A DNA stretch of 64,000 nt. It comes from Octopus vulgaris. Its lineage: Eukaryota. Positions 11,699 through 24,435 of this stretch are shown here, piece after piece. Position numbers and translations under genes: made by a program. The stretch is from NCBI GenBank assembly GCA_951406725.2, contig OX597816.1:123566001-123630000 (forward strand). Reading direction: 5' to 3'. Below the pieces are notes generated by a model. It was not told the origin of the DNA, did not search any database, and was given only the letters and a program-made list of their open reading frames with translations. Positions within the stretch are counted from its first letter, which is position 1; every line of letters starts with the position of its first letter.

Positions 11699-14600
11699 AT
11701 TTTCACATTCTCGTTTAAACTCGGTTGTATAAATATTCGCAGCCTGGGGTCGTATTGGAAGCAAGGCTACCTCCTTAACGACCTTAGGTCGCATCGTTTG
11801 GATGTAGTGGTAATTACCGAATCCAGACTGAGTGGGCTGCAGGCTTTTTCGCCCCTTCTAAACGGCTACGAGAAATACATTTCTCCCTGTCGACCTGGAG
11901 GGGGAGGAGGAGTGGCAGTGCTGGTCAGGAAAAACCTGGATTTAGAGATTAGAACTGTCTTTATAGATCCGGAAGGCAGGTTGGTCGTTTTGGATGTGAT
12001 GCACAGCAGTGGTAAAGTGTTCAGGCTGGTCGCTGTCTATGCTCCCTGTGAAGGAAAAGCCGGGCAGAAAGAGTATTTCAAAAGCCTAGAGAATTTTCTT
12101 GGCACGTCGAACACGTTAGTATTGCTAGGTGACTTCAACATAATTTGCGATGCAAGCGTAGATTATGTTGGCTCAAGAAAAAATACGAGGGGATTACCTC
12201 ACCTAAACGATATGCTAAGTCGTTTCGAATTGGCAGATAGATTCAGACTGGACCATCCAGACATTCCAGAGTGGACCTGGGCAAGAAACGACGGGTCGTC
12301 CAGATCTTATATCGATAGAATCATAACTAGAAGGAAAGATAAGAAAATACTTAGCTGTCCACAACACCATATCGTCAGCTACAGCGATCACAAATTAGTG
12401 TACCTGTACGTTCGACATAGATAGCATGTGTAGACGAGGTACCGGCTACTGGAAGCTAAACAAGTCACTATTGGACTGTGAAGCCTACAGGAATCGGATT
12501 AAACAATTAGTAATGAGGGCATTAACCGGATCCATTATCAACAATAAATGGTGGTACGCCCTGAAAAGAGCCATCAAATTTGAGTCAATTAGGTTTAGCA
12601 AAGAACTAGCTAGTGCTAGAAACAAAGTAGAAAAGGAACTAGTTAAGGCTATAGAGGAGGCAATGAGGTCAGGCTGTGCATCGAAAGTGTTAGCGGCGAG
12701 GTTAGCACTAGATCAACATCTCCAAGCTAAACATGAAGGGTGCATTATTAGGGCTAAGATCCGTGCAATGAGACAGGAAGGGATCAATGCAGCTGGATGG
12801 GCCCGGGTGGTAGAGGGCCAGCGTGGCAACAACTCAACCATTCGATCCTTGACAGGCCCAAATGGTCGATTAGTAAACGAACCCGAGGAGATGTGCAAGG
12901 TGTTTCATGATCATTTCGCCCAGCTATTCGGGAGGAGCGGCGAGCTGGAGTGCGGGGAGAAGCTCTCAGACTTCCTAGCCGGTTCGCCGCGTCTATCGGG
13001 GCCGGACGCGGAATCTTGTGAGGCACCAATCACAGCCAAAGAAGTCGAGGATATGTTGGCAGAATGCGGCGGGGACAAATCGCCGGGACTCGATGGTCTG
13101 CCTTACGAACTCTATAGTAGCATGCCAGACTTGTTTGGGCACCTACTTGCATGCGTGTACACCAACTGGCAGCAGAACGGGAGAATTCCTAAGTCTGTGA
13201 GCCGAGGGGTGGTAGCGTTGTTAAGAAAGGACCCAAACAAGGGGGATTTAATTGATAATTTCCGGCCTATCACTCTGCTTAACGCAGAGTTGAAGATCTT
13301 GGCCAAGGTCTTAGCAAAGAGGTTGGCGAGGGTCGTGGGTGAACTTGTTGGCGAGGCGCAAACTTGCGCCATCCCTGGAAGGACCATCCACGACAATCTC
13401 CACTTTCTACGCTATGCCTTAGAAAGGGTAAATAGGATTCCTGGCAAGGGTGGGGCTATGGTCCACTTGGACCAATCGAAAGCGTTTGATAGGGTGGACC
13501 ATCAGTATCTGGCGGCGGTCCTCGTGGCGGCTGGCTTCGGCCCGACCTTCCGCGGATGGATCATCGCTTTATACAGCAACATCGAATCGGTAGTTCGGGT
13601 AAATGGTTTCCTTTCGGAACCGTTCAGCATTGAACGTTCGGTATGTCAAGGGTGTCCTCTCTCCCCGCTTCTCTACGTTTTGGCCCTCGAGCCATTGCTG
13701 AGGAGGTTGGAAACTATGAGAGGCACCCCGCAAGATCTAGGGTGCGGAAAGTCAGCTTCGGCGTATGCGGACGACATCACCGTCATCGTTTCCCGAGTCG
13801 AGCACCTACAGTGGGTGGGTGAGGCCTTAAGGGACTACGAAGCGGTGGCAGGAGCGAAAGTCAACCGGGATAAATCGGTCGGCTTGCAACTCGGCACCTG
13901 GAGGGGCAAGTCGATGTCTTCCGACAGCATCGTAGGACGTTGGACGGAAGGACCGGTGAAAATGCTTGGGATCTGGTTAGGTCCAGATCTCCAGATAGAG
14001 AAGAATTGGAGCGAGGTGGCGAGAAAGGTGGCTCTCCTAACTCAGACATGGTCTGAACGGAATCTGTCCTTGAAAGGGAAGGCGGAGGTTGCAGAAGTGT
14101 TTATCGCCTCTGTAATCACTTACCGCCTAACCGTAGTGCCTTGCCCGATTCATGGCTGAACAAACTGGAACGCATGCTCTTTCGCTTTTTGTGGAGGGGC
14201 AGCAGACCTCTTGTAAGGCGCTCTATTTGCTGCCAAAAGCCGCTGAACGGTGGGTTAGGGATGCCGTGGCTAAAAATGCGCAGACATGCGCTCAGGCTTA
14301 GGCACCTCTGGATTTACCTGGACGGTGAGCAGGTGTGGTCTCCGTTTGTCAAGCTGTTATTTCCACAGTTCACATCGTTTAACGAACTGAACCCATGGAT
14401 CAAGTGTAGACCGAGGTTGGGCATGTGGCATGCAGAGTGCTATCAGGCACTCGTGCTTCTCTCCCAGTCGGGCAACGCCGGTGGCGGGGCTACTACCGCG
14501 TTCTTCTATAGAGGGTTAGTAGAGTTTAAGTGTGACGACGTCCTAGGAGAAACTCTGGGCTTCGACGAAAATCAACTGGCCAGCCTGTTCCAAAGAACAT

Positions 14601-15115
14601 TCGGTCCGGGGCCTATGGATAATTACCAAAAGTCCCTGGCCTGGCAATGTTACAGAGGAGCTTTACTGGTTTGAGATAAGCTCTTTAGACATGGGTGTGC
14701 ACCTTCGCCGGTTTGTGCAAGATGTAAGAGGGACAGTGAAACTGTCCTGCACGCGATTGTGCAATGCCCCAAGGTGACTGAACTCTGGACTTATGTCGAA
14801 CACCTGCTGTCGCATTCGAGAAGAGTACAACTGTCGAGCGAATCTGTAATTAAGATAGTTCCGCTGACCTTCCTGAATAGGGAGGAGCGAGCCTGTTTTC
14901 TTTCGGTAGTTGCTATGGCGAAAGAAGTAGTGTGGAAGACGAGAGTAAAAGGAATTGCAACAGGCATGTTTATCTCCAGTCTCGAGCTAATCGACTTTTT
15001 CGTTTTCCACATGAAACGGAAAATAAGGCTGGAGAAGAAATGCCTGTCGCAAAGTGTGTTTCGTAAAAGATGGAAGTCTATAGCAAGTATGTTGCGAGTG
15101 AAAGAACCTATTTAA
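11699..15115 (+). pseudogene. Tx1 ORF2 (APE endonuclease, reverse transcriptase, C-terminal CCHC), disrupted
   Basis: Motifs CINIRSL, VITE, VYAP, LGDFN, YIDRI, SDH; YWKLN; KSPGLDG; FRPITLLN; LDQSKAFDRV; QGCPLSP; YADD; CARC...H...C. Frameshifts at ~12400 and ~14145; TGA at 14672 (likely CGA>TGA). Confidence 0.9.
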
Positions 15116-15602
15116 TCGAGAATGTAAAAAAGGATAAAGCAAAGTCTTCAGTGTGAGTATGTGGTTTGTGGGGTCGACCGCATCGTCCGCTTCATTTTTT
15201 GTTAATCACTCATTCTCATTTAATTGTATGTATATTAATTGTTTGTTTATTCATGTTTCGTCTCATTCGATACGCTGACCCCAACGTTTGTTTTGTCCCC
15301 TCTTTTTCTCAACCTTATGGTGAATAAAGAAATACTCTCTCTCTCTGTATACACACACACACACATATATATATGTATATCTGTCTATCTAACTATCTGT
15401 CTGTCTGTCTATATATAAATTTGATATCCAATATATGGATTTATCTAATACTCACAACAAAGCTCCTTTAGTGGACCTGGCTACAAACCACAAAGTAAAC
15501 CAATACAGAAGGGTGTAATGTAAAGTCTTATGAAGTTGAAATCCAGTAAATCCAATCAGTAATGATTATTTCATTAGGAGTATATAGAATACAGAGAGTC
15601 AT

Positions 15603-15725
15603 ATGTATGTATGTATGTGTGTATGTATGTATGTATGTATGTATGTATGTATGTATGTATGTATGTATGTATGTATACATGCATGTATGTATGTATATGT
15701 GGATGTATGTATGTAGGTATGTACA
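15603..15725. repeat. (TATG)n microsatellite
   Basis: Seen directly. Confidence 0.95.
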
Positions 15726-15784
15726 TGTGCAGATTTATGTATGTCTTCTCATGCATATATTTGCATGTCTAGACATGCTCATAT

Positions 15785-16545
15785 GTACGTAAAGGATAAA
15801 TTTCTGGAAGGTTTTACACATTTTTACAATTCCATTGATGGCTTGGATCTGTAGTCTTTGAATCAGCTTTCTCCTTTCTAGTTTTGAGAAGCCTAATTTC
15901 TCAAGATTGGTATTTAGGCTGTGTATTACATACTCCAGTGCCCTAATAATTACAGGTATAAAGTTGAACTTGTCATCTGGATAGAGAAGTTGTAGATTCC
16001 TCAATAGATCAACGTAGGCATTCTCTTTATTGTTGATCTTTAAGCTTTATGTTAATATCTGCTGGGCAGCTGATTTCCACAACGGCACACGGTTTCTTCT
16101 CTCTATCCCAAATCATTATATCTGGTCTATTATGTTTACATTTTATTGAGGCTTTCATCAAGACATTCTACCAGTACTCCTTTTTATTATGAGTGGCAAT
16201 GGCTTCTACCATACTGTGTGTTCTTATTTCATTGTCTTCAGGGTTATCCTCTGATGGATCTCATTATACAGTGTCAATACCGTGATGACATTTTTGGACA
16301 ACTGCTTATGATGTGGGTGATAATTTTGGTGTTAACACCACAAACTCTGCATCAGGTGTCACATTTTACTTCTTTGCCTGCATCTGTGTCCTTTTTGTGA
16401 AGAGACAGGAAACTGATATTTCCTGTTCCTGGATTGCAAAAGCATACCCTACAAAGTGGTATGTAGTAACCTGGTTGTTGGTCCATGATAGACAGCTTTG
16501 ATGGTCAATGTTACTAGCATCTCAGAGCTTTCTACTAACATATTC
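15785..16545 (-). mobile_element. R4/Dong-like non-LTR retrotransposon 3' fragment (CCHC plus restriction-like endonuclease)
   Basis: Minus strand reads FAIQEQEI; CRVCGVNTKIITHIISSCP; HNRPDIMIWDREKKPCAVVEISCPAD; FIPVIIRALEY. Confidence 0.8.
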
Positions 16546-16551
16546 ATGATG

Positions 16552-16636
16552 CATGTATGTATGTATGTATGTATGTATGTATGTATGTATGTATGTATGT
16601 ATGTATGTATGTATGTATGTATTTTGTATGTATGTA
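16552..16636. repeat. (TATG)n microsatellite
   Basis: Seen directly. Confidence 0.95.
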
Positions 16637-17095
16637 TCATTATCATTATCATTTAACATCCATGCTCCCAGTTCCATGCTGGCATGGGTTGGATGGCTTG
16701 ACAAGGATCCAGTGAGTTAAGAACTGCATCATACTCCAATGTTTATTTTGTCATGATTTCTATGGCTGGTGCCCTTCCTAATGCCAACCACTTTTCTGTG
16801 TGCACTGAGTACTTTTTATGTGGCACTACTAATGTCACCATGTAACTTGCAAGTCAACAAACCTAGGGAGGAAGGATGTTGCCTCTGTATGTTAGATGGG
16901 GGTTTAGGTATGAGACAGGAGGTTGGAAAAGAACAAGTTCTTGTTGGAAGGAAGCTACAAGGCTACTCATATTTATGAGAGAAAGTGAGAATTAATTAGA
17001 GATATCTCCAAGGAGATAGACAGTGGTGATGGGGTGTTTAGATTGCACCTCAGGTAGCAGGAGCAATAGCAGGTGTGAAGAATGGAAGGGTGGCC
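16637..17095 (-). mobile_element. RTE-tail non-autonomous retroelement
   Basis: catttaacatcc...ccatgctggcatgggttggatgg...gcccttcctaatgccaacc. Confidence 0.7.
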
Positions 17096-17157
17096 CTTTA
17101 AAACAGGCTTCTCAAAGCATAGTGTGTTATGTACGTAAACCTATCAAACAAGCAGAT

Positions 17158-17168
17158 TGATAGATAGG

Positions 17169-17207
<39 letters not shown>

Positions 17208-17338
17208 CTAGATAGATAGATAGACAGAGAGACAGACAGACAGATGGACAGACGGATGGACAGACGGACGGACAGGCAGACAGGTGGAACAGACAGACAG
17301 ACAGGCAGGCAAGCAGACAGACAGACAGACAGACAGAC

Positions 17339-17399
<61 letters not shown>
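17158..17399. repeat. (GATA)n/(GACA)n compound microsatellite
   Basis: Seen directly. Confidence 0.95.
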
Positions 17400-17507
17400 C
17401 AAAAGGCCTGTTGGAAAAGTTTTGCAATGTGCAGCAAAATTTATTAATGGCCCTTTCATTAATATACATATCTGTATTGATATATAAACATATGTATATA
17501 TATATAC

Positions 17508-17547
<40 letters not shown>

Positions 17548-18039
17548 TGAGTTAGCCATTCAGTTGCTAAATTGTCTCAATCAACTTAGTTTGGCTTGTG
17601 AAAATATGCATTTCTTATAATTATAACTTCAAAATACCAGTTATGTTTTCTGTGTTTCTTATTACTATACTTATGCATATATACAACAGACACATGTATA
17701 TGTGTATATGTACATGTATATATACATATATACATATGTGTGTGTGTGCATAGAAAAAATTGCATGTAGAGAAATTTACAGATATGTGCATCAGGTGTCA
17801 CCTTATAAAGCTGATAATTGTTTCTATTGCATTAAACACACACACACACACATGCACGCACATTACATATATAAAATATCATTAAAATTAATATTGATAT
17901 TTCTGAAAAGATATGTTAACACAACGTTATCAAGACAATCCAAAATTAGCAAAATTTGAATTGAACATCTGAAATATTACCAGCACATAAATGTCTACAA
18001 AAAGAATGTTTTAAGTGAATTCAACCTAAGACATTGTGA

Positions 18040-18086
<47 letters not shown>

Positions 18087-18334
18087 CGTGCATATACACA
18101 CATAGATATATATATAAATCAGTACTGCAGGGTAGAACTCCTTCTTCCAGAATTCTTTGGAGAAAATTTACTATTTGCTGAATATCCACTTTTCTCCATG
18201 GATGTCTAGAGGTAGTTATTCTAAACTTTAAAAACTGAAATACCAGATAAAACATACCAACATCTTTTATTCTTATAAATTGCATTGTCTTGGCTTTTAA
18301 AAAATTTAATTATAAACAATTATAAATCTGTATG

Positions 18335-18543
18335 TATAGTTGTGGCAAAAGTTATGAACATAGGTCTGAAAACTGTAATTTTTATATTAGCTGCCCAAAT
18401 TTGCAATATATTATTACTTGGCCAAAAGTTTGGCATATAGGTCTGAAAATTAGAATTTTATATTAAATACCCAAAATTATATTTTACTTGGGCATGACAA
18501 TTTTAATTTTAAAAAGAATTTCAAACTTTTAGCCTTGACTGTA
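18335..18543. mobile_element. Tc1-like MITE, decayed
   Basis: Termini tatagttgtggcaaaagtt and aacttttagccttgactgta resemble CAGT..GGCCAAAAGTTT TIRs flanked by TA; internal ~80-bp duplication. Confidence 0.5.
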
Positions 18544-19519
18544 TGTGTGCATGTGTTTGTATGTGTGTATGTATGTATGTATGTATGTATGTATGTATAC
18601 TAACCAGGTGAGGTTCAGATGTCAAAAATGAAGTACTCAGTATTAAAACAGAGTTAGGTAATTTTTGTATTGTAATTATATGAATTTTAAATAGCAATAT
18701 TGTTGACAGTTTTTAGCAGCATTTTTTACAGTACAGTCACCAGGTCTATTAAGTTGGAACTGCCTTGTAAATCAAGAAAATCCTTCTCAGTGGTAAAATG
18801 TGAAAGAAATTATTGCAACTTCCAATATGCTTACTAGAAGTCAAAGGAAAGTTATTTTTTCCAATAATTAATACAAGAAAATTATTGTTGTGAGTTTTTC
18901 TCTTCCCAGAATGCAAAACATAATTTGCAGTGTATGATCCTAGCATTGTCATTGCTACATTAATTTTCTAATGGTAATTATTAGAACGAATAATTATTTT
19001 TTTTATTTCTCAGCATACCAAGCAAAACTAGCTATATATAACTTTCTAATATTTTTCCCCAAACAGATATATTTTCTTGATTGGCAAGGCAAATCCACAT
19101 CTGAAAGATGTGTCTCTTAGATGCTGTGAGAAACTGGCAATAATGTTCATAATTTTATTAAACATTGTATGTTCGTATTTTTATTTCTTATACTTGCTTT
19201 GGTTCAACATATCCTTTCCAACATTTGTTGCATTTCTTTGTCATCTTCTTTGTGAGATCCAGCTTCCACCACTTCTTCAGTCATACTCTTCCACTGGTTC
19301 ATTTCATACAGACTTTCTAGCACTTCTTTATTCATTTGTCATCATCCAAATGCAGTACAAGTCCATACTAATGAAGTCTCTCTCCTACCCAACAATAACT
19401 GAATCCTCCTACAATCTCTTTGTTGTCAGAAATATAATAGCTTACTGAACTTCACTCACCCTCTTATTCTGGTGACTCTACTTCCAAAACTTTCTTTTCT
19501 ATTGCTGATTGGCTTCCTA

Positions 19520-19730
19520 TGTTTCAGGAGTCACCTTCTACTTCTGTAGAACCTTTGGCACATTGCAAGAAATTTATTACACTGTTACTCTGACTGCTAA
19601 ATGATTTTGTACATCTACTACAGGCAAAGTCAATGTCAGCCTGCCTTTGTTTTTCAACTACACCCCTTGCATCTTTATAGATCACATTGGGTACAGAATT
19701 TCTTCTTACACTTTCTCTGGATAATGAATA
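19520..19730 (-). mobile_element. RTE-like ORF remnant
   Basis: FACSRCT...FLQCAKGSTEVEGDS resembles the Cys-rich segment and LEVVDSF motif downstream of RTE RT. Confidence 0.45.
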
Positions 19731-20539
19731 TGCCATCCCCCTAATGACATCAGTATTTTGTTATGTTTAATAATAGCTAAATTTTTTATCGTCAGCTAAT
19801 TTTCCTCTGCAGCCACTAGGCTTTTAATTTTGTTTCCAGATGTGGAATTTCTTTTCTAAATCCCCCACAGTGTGTCATATGGAGTAGTTCAACATCAGCA
19901 CCCACACAGACACAAAGACACACATATACACACACACACATGTATGCTTTAGATTAGTTTTGGCATATAAATCCTTGATGAAGTTATAGGAGCACTGATA
20001 TGACATACAGCATGCTATAGGCATTTTAAAATTTAGCAGAGCCCATCCATCTCCAGGTCTGACCACAGCCAATTTCCCTCAGAACATGAACAGACATAAT
20101 TAATGACAAAGGAACAGGAATTATATAATCAACCCTATCAGCAATGTATGCTATTTCTTTACAAAATTAACTTGCACTTTATTTTAGAAGTTCAGAGGAA
20201 GATATAAGGTGATCCACAAGCAGTAAGCTCTGAGTGAACTGAATTTGTTTTTAGTAGAAACAGCAGTAAGCTAATGAAGTTGGCCATGTAATTCCTGTTC
20301 TCTTGTCATTTATTTCAATTCCCATCACTTTATTCTGGAACATTATATATTGAATTCTAACTCCAGGTTATTAGTATTGCAGTATCACAATGCCTAAGCG
20401 AAATCTTAACACACACACACACGCGTGCACATGCACACACGCATGCACACACACACACACACACATGCACACACATGCACACACACATACATGTGATTTA
20501 TTGTAGAATCAGAAATAGAAAGTGCTTCAAACTGTACTA

Positions 20540-20697
20540 TATATTTGAAAAAATGAATAGGAGTTACTTTTCTGATAATTTTTCCACTTTAATAATTAAA
20601 TGTTCATAAGTTATTAGGTGTTTAATTTATGAACAGCTAATTATTGAAGTGGAAAAATTATCAGAAAAGCCATTTCTATTCACTTTTTCAAACATAT
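20540..20697. repeat. Fold-back element, ~73-bp arms, ~9-nt loop
   Basis: tttgaaaaaatgaatag...ttcataagtta and taatttatgaac...ctattcactttttcaaa are reverse complements. Confidence 0.8.
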
Positions 20698-20744
20698 GTA
20701 TGTATAATATATATATATGTATGTATATATATAGAGAGAGAGAT

Positions 20745-21160
20745 AATATAAATAATATATAAATATATGAATATATACATACATATATGTATATACCTAC
20801 ATATATATGTATATATACATGTATATATGGGTACAGGACATCAAAAAAAATGTAGACAAAATGAGAAACGAGAACATAATCAAAAACAGAAAACAAACTT
20901 TTCTTGAACAATGAAAGAAACATGCAAACAGGGGACAACTGATGAAGGGAATGTTCTTTATGTTGCCTTTCTAGTTTCACTGATTGTTTCTTTTGTTGTT
21001 CAAAAAAAGTTTGTTTTCTATGTTTTTATTTTTTATGTTCTCGTTTCTCATTTTGCCTATGTTTTTGTGATGTCCTGTACCCATATATGCATGTATATAT
21101 ACATATATATGTAGGTGTGTACATATATGTATGTATATATTTATATATTATTTATATTAT
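20745..21160. mobile_element. Fold-back element in a (TA)n-rich tract
   Basis: gggtacaggacatc...gaaaca pairs with tgtttc...gatgtcctgtaccc; the arms extend into the flanking TA-rich sequence; orphan CTGATGA at ~20939. Confidence 0.75.
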
Positions 21161-21270
21161 TATATGATCAAATGCCACGCATCTGTTTCCAAGTATGTAT
21201 GTATATATATATACATATCTGCACACACACGTATGTATGCATGCTTGTATGTGTGTGTGTTTATGTATGT

Positions 21271-21322
<52 letters not shown>

Positions 21323-21329
21323 TTGTGTG

Positions 21330-22259
<930 letters not shown>

Positions 22260-22667
22260 CATACACACACACATATAACGCTATATATAATATATACATA
22301 TATATATATATATTAAAAAAATGAAAGATGTGAAAAAACTGATTTCCATATGTAAATTCACTTTTTCTTTATATGTACCACTAACAGATTACGATGTGTA
22401 CCCAAAACGCCTGTATTACTCAAAAATTAATTCCACAAAAATAATGCATATACTTATGTGATATTCATCCGTTAACAGCTAAGAACAATTAGAGTTCTTT
22501 ATTCATTATTTCCACAATATGTTTTCATTTAATATGAATATTTCTTAATGTGTTTGTTACTGTTTATCTATTAGCCACATGACTTCCCTGTCAACTTTCT
22601 TTGTCTATTCCATATACGTTATTCTATGTCATAATGTCTTCTTTTCCTTTGTCTACTTTCTTTTCAA

Positions 22668-22727
<60 letters not shown>

Positions 22728-22811
22728 TACATATATACATGCATATATATACATATGTAAATGCATATATATATATATACATACATATATAAATATATAT
22801 ATATATATATA

Positions 22812-22890
<79 letters not shown>

Positions 22891-22951
22891 ATGTATGTAT
22901 GGAAAAAAAGTCAGGGTAGAAAATGCTAAAACAAATTTTTTTATACCATTT

Positions 22952-22988
22952 CAGTACCAGTTTCGGTCATTGAGATTTTTTCAACTAT
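22952..22988 (-). ncRNA. Minimal hammerhead variant (U3:A8 core) in the inverted pLTR
   Basis: Minus strand tag-TTGAAAA-aatctcaatgacc-GAAAC-tg-GTA-ctg. Confidence 0.55.
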
Positions 22989-23289
22989 AAGTATGGAAAA
23001 CAATTCCATTTTGAAAAAATTAAATGAAAAGTTTTTTTTTTAAATATTTGCATATTATTGAAATACAAGGAGCATTAATCTTGCTTCTGCCTGTCTCTGT
23101 CTCTCTTGTTTACTCTTGTGGGTTCGAAGTCATTGTGAATTCTTGGAAGAAAAGAAGGAGAAGAAGAAGAATGACGAGGAGGAGGAGAGGAGGAGGAGAA
23201 GGAGGAGTAGTAGTAAAAAAAGGCAGAAGACTCAACTGGGGGATATTCATCAATTTGATTGAGGGATCAGAGTTCTCCTTCAAGCAGGA

Positions 23290-23620
23290 ACAATGTTTCA
23301 CAGTGAAAAGCAGCTTCCCTTGTGCTTCAGAGAACCTGATATACACACTAACTTGCTCTGGGAGTCAAGAGAAATACATAGGTCAAACCAAAACAGTCTA
23401 TGTCAAAGGATGGCTCTGTACAGATCCCAGATCAAAATTCCTAAAAGCAGAAAAATAGCATTCAGCCAACACATTGACATTTGCGCCAATAACAAAAATC
23501 CAAGCTTCAGAATTTTACCCCTCTACCAATTTAGGGATGATACAACCTGTAGCCAACGAATTAGTAAAGGGACTATCTTTATTACAAAATACAGACCCCT
23601 TTTGAATATATCTACATCAA
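23290..23620 (+). pseudogene. GIY-YIG endonuclease C-terminus of the PLE, frameshifted
   Basis: NLIYTLTC..EKYIGQT motif; overlapping ORFs 23024..23458 and 23293..23649. Confidence 0.8.
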
Positions 23621-24028
23621 ACAACATATCCACCACAGCCTTAGAATAACACACATGGAAATATTACAAATGATGCATTCAAGACATATCCAAGAATTCA
23701 ATAGAAACAGTCCCAACCAATGCTATATTATACAGCGAACACTTTTAGGTCACTTGACCATTTAACATCCTACTACTATCATACCATCCTGCATTCCCTT
23801 ATTATTCTCTCATCTTCTCTTTCTCCTTCTTCTTCATCTTCTTCCTTTCCACCACCTCCTTCCTTACTTTACTACTATTGCTGTTTAGAATAACAGCTAT
23901 GCAAATATTATAAGTAATACATTCAAAAGAGATATCTCAAGAATTCAATCACTACTACCATCCACAACAAGTCACTTTCAGGGCACTTGACTATTTTACA
24001 TCCTACTACTGTCATTGCACACTTGCAT

Positions 24029-24101
24029 TCTTCTTCTTCTTCTTCTTCTTCTTCTTCTTCTTCTTCTTCTTCTTCTTCTTCTTCTTCTTCTTCTTCTTCT
24101 C
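24029..24101. repeat. (TTC)n inside the PLE 3' region
   Basis: Seen directly. Confidence 0.95.
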
Positions 24102-24253
24102 TGACAAGAATTCACAACGACCTTGAGTAAACAATAGAGACAGAGACAGGCAGAAACAAGGTTAATGCCCTTTGTATTTGAATACTATGGAAATATTCTT
24201 TTAAAAATACTTTTTATGTAATTTTTCCAAAATTTAATTTCTTTCCATGCTTA

Positions 24254-24289
24254 CAGTTGAAAAGGTCTCAGTGACCAAAAGTGGTACTG
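24254..24289 (+). ncRNA. Minimal hammerhead variant (U3:A8 core) in the PLE pLTR, G12 mutated
   Basis: cag-TTGAAAA-ggtc tcagt gacc-AAAAG-tg-GTA-ctg. Confidence 0.55.
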
Positions 24290-24391
24290 AAATGTTTTTT
24301 AAAAGATTATTTTAGCATTTTCTACCTTGACTGTTTTTCCATATATATATCAACTCATGTGTTCCTTTTCAACCTTCTACATATGTATATA

Positions 24392-24435
<44 letters not shown>

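Larger units (their letters stand above)
9923..15334 (+). mobile_element. Full-length Tx1-type (L1 clade) non-LTR retrotransposon inserted in (CT)n
   Basis: CpG-rich 5.4-kb block with ORF1 (CCHC) and ORF2 (APE-RT-CCHC). The 3' UTR ends AATAAAgaaata and is followed directly by (CT)6; (CT)n is also on the 5' side. Confidence 0.92.
22898..24342 (+). mobile_element. 5'-truncated Penelope-like element with inverted pseudo-LTR and GIY-YIG remnant
   Basis: 22898-23170 is the reverse complement of ~24070-24342. Between them: FTVKSSFPCASENLIYTLTCSGSQEKYIGQT, then a frameshift to RMALYRSQIK...FITKYRPLLN. (TA)n flanks. Confidence 0.85.

Noticed and set aside
12713-14049. Antisense ORFs within Tx1 ORF2
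   Set aside because: Short shadows of a GC-richer coding strand
18130-18215. VELLLPEFFGENLLFAEYP peptide after a CAG
   Set aside because: Short, ends in a stop, weak acceptor, no homology recognised
22380-22420. Hammerhead-like acag-attacga...aaaacgc-ctgt in a TA-flanked block
   Set aside because: Too many core mismatches to support
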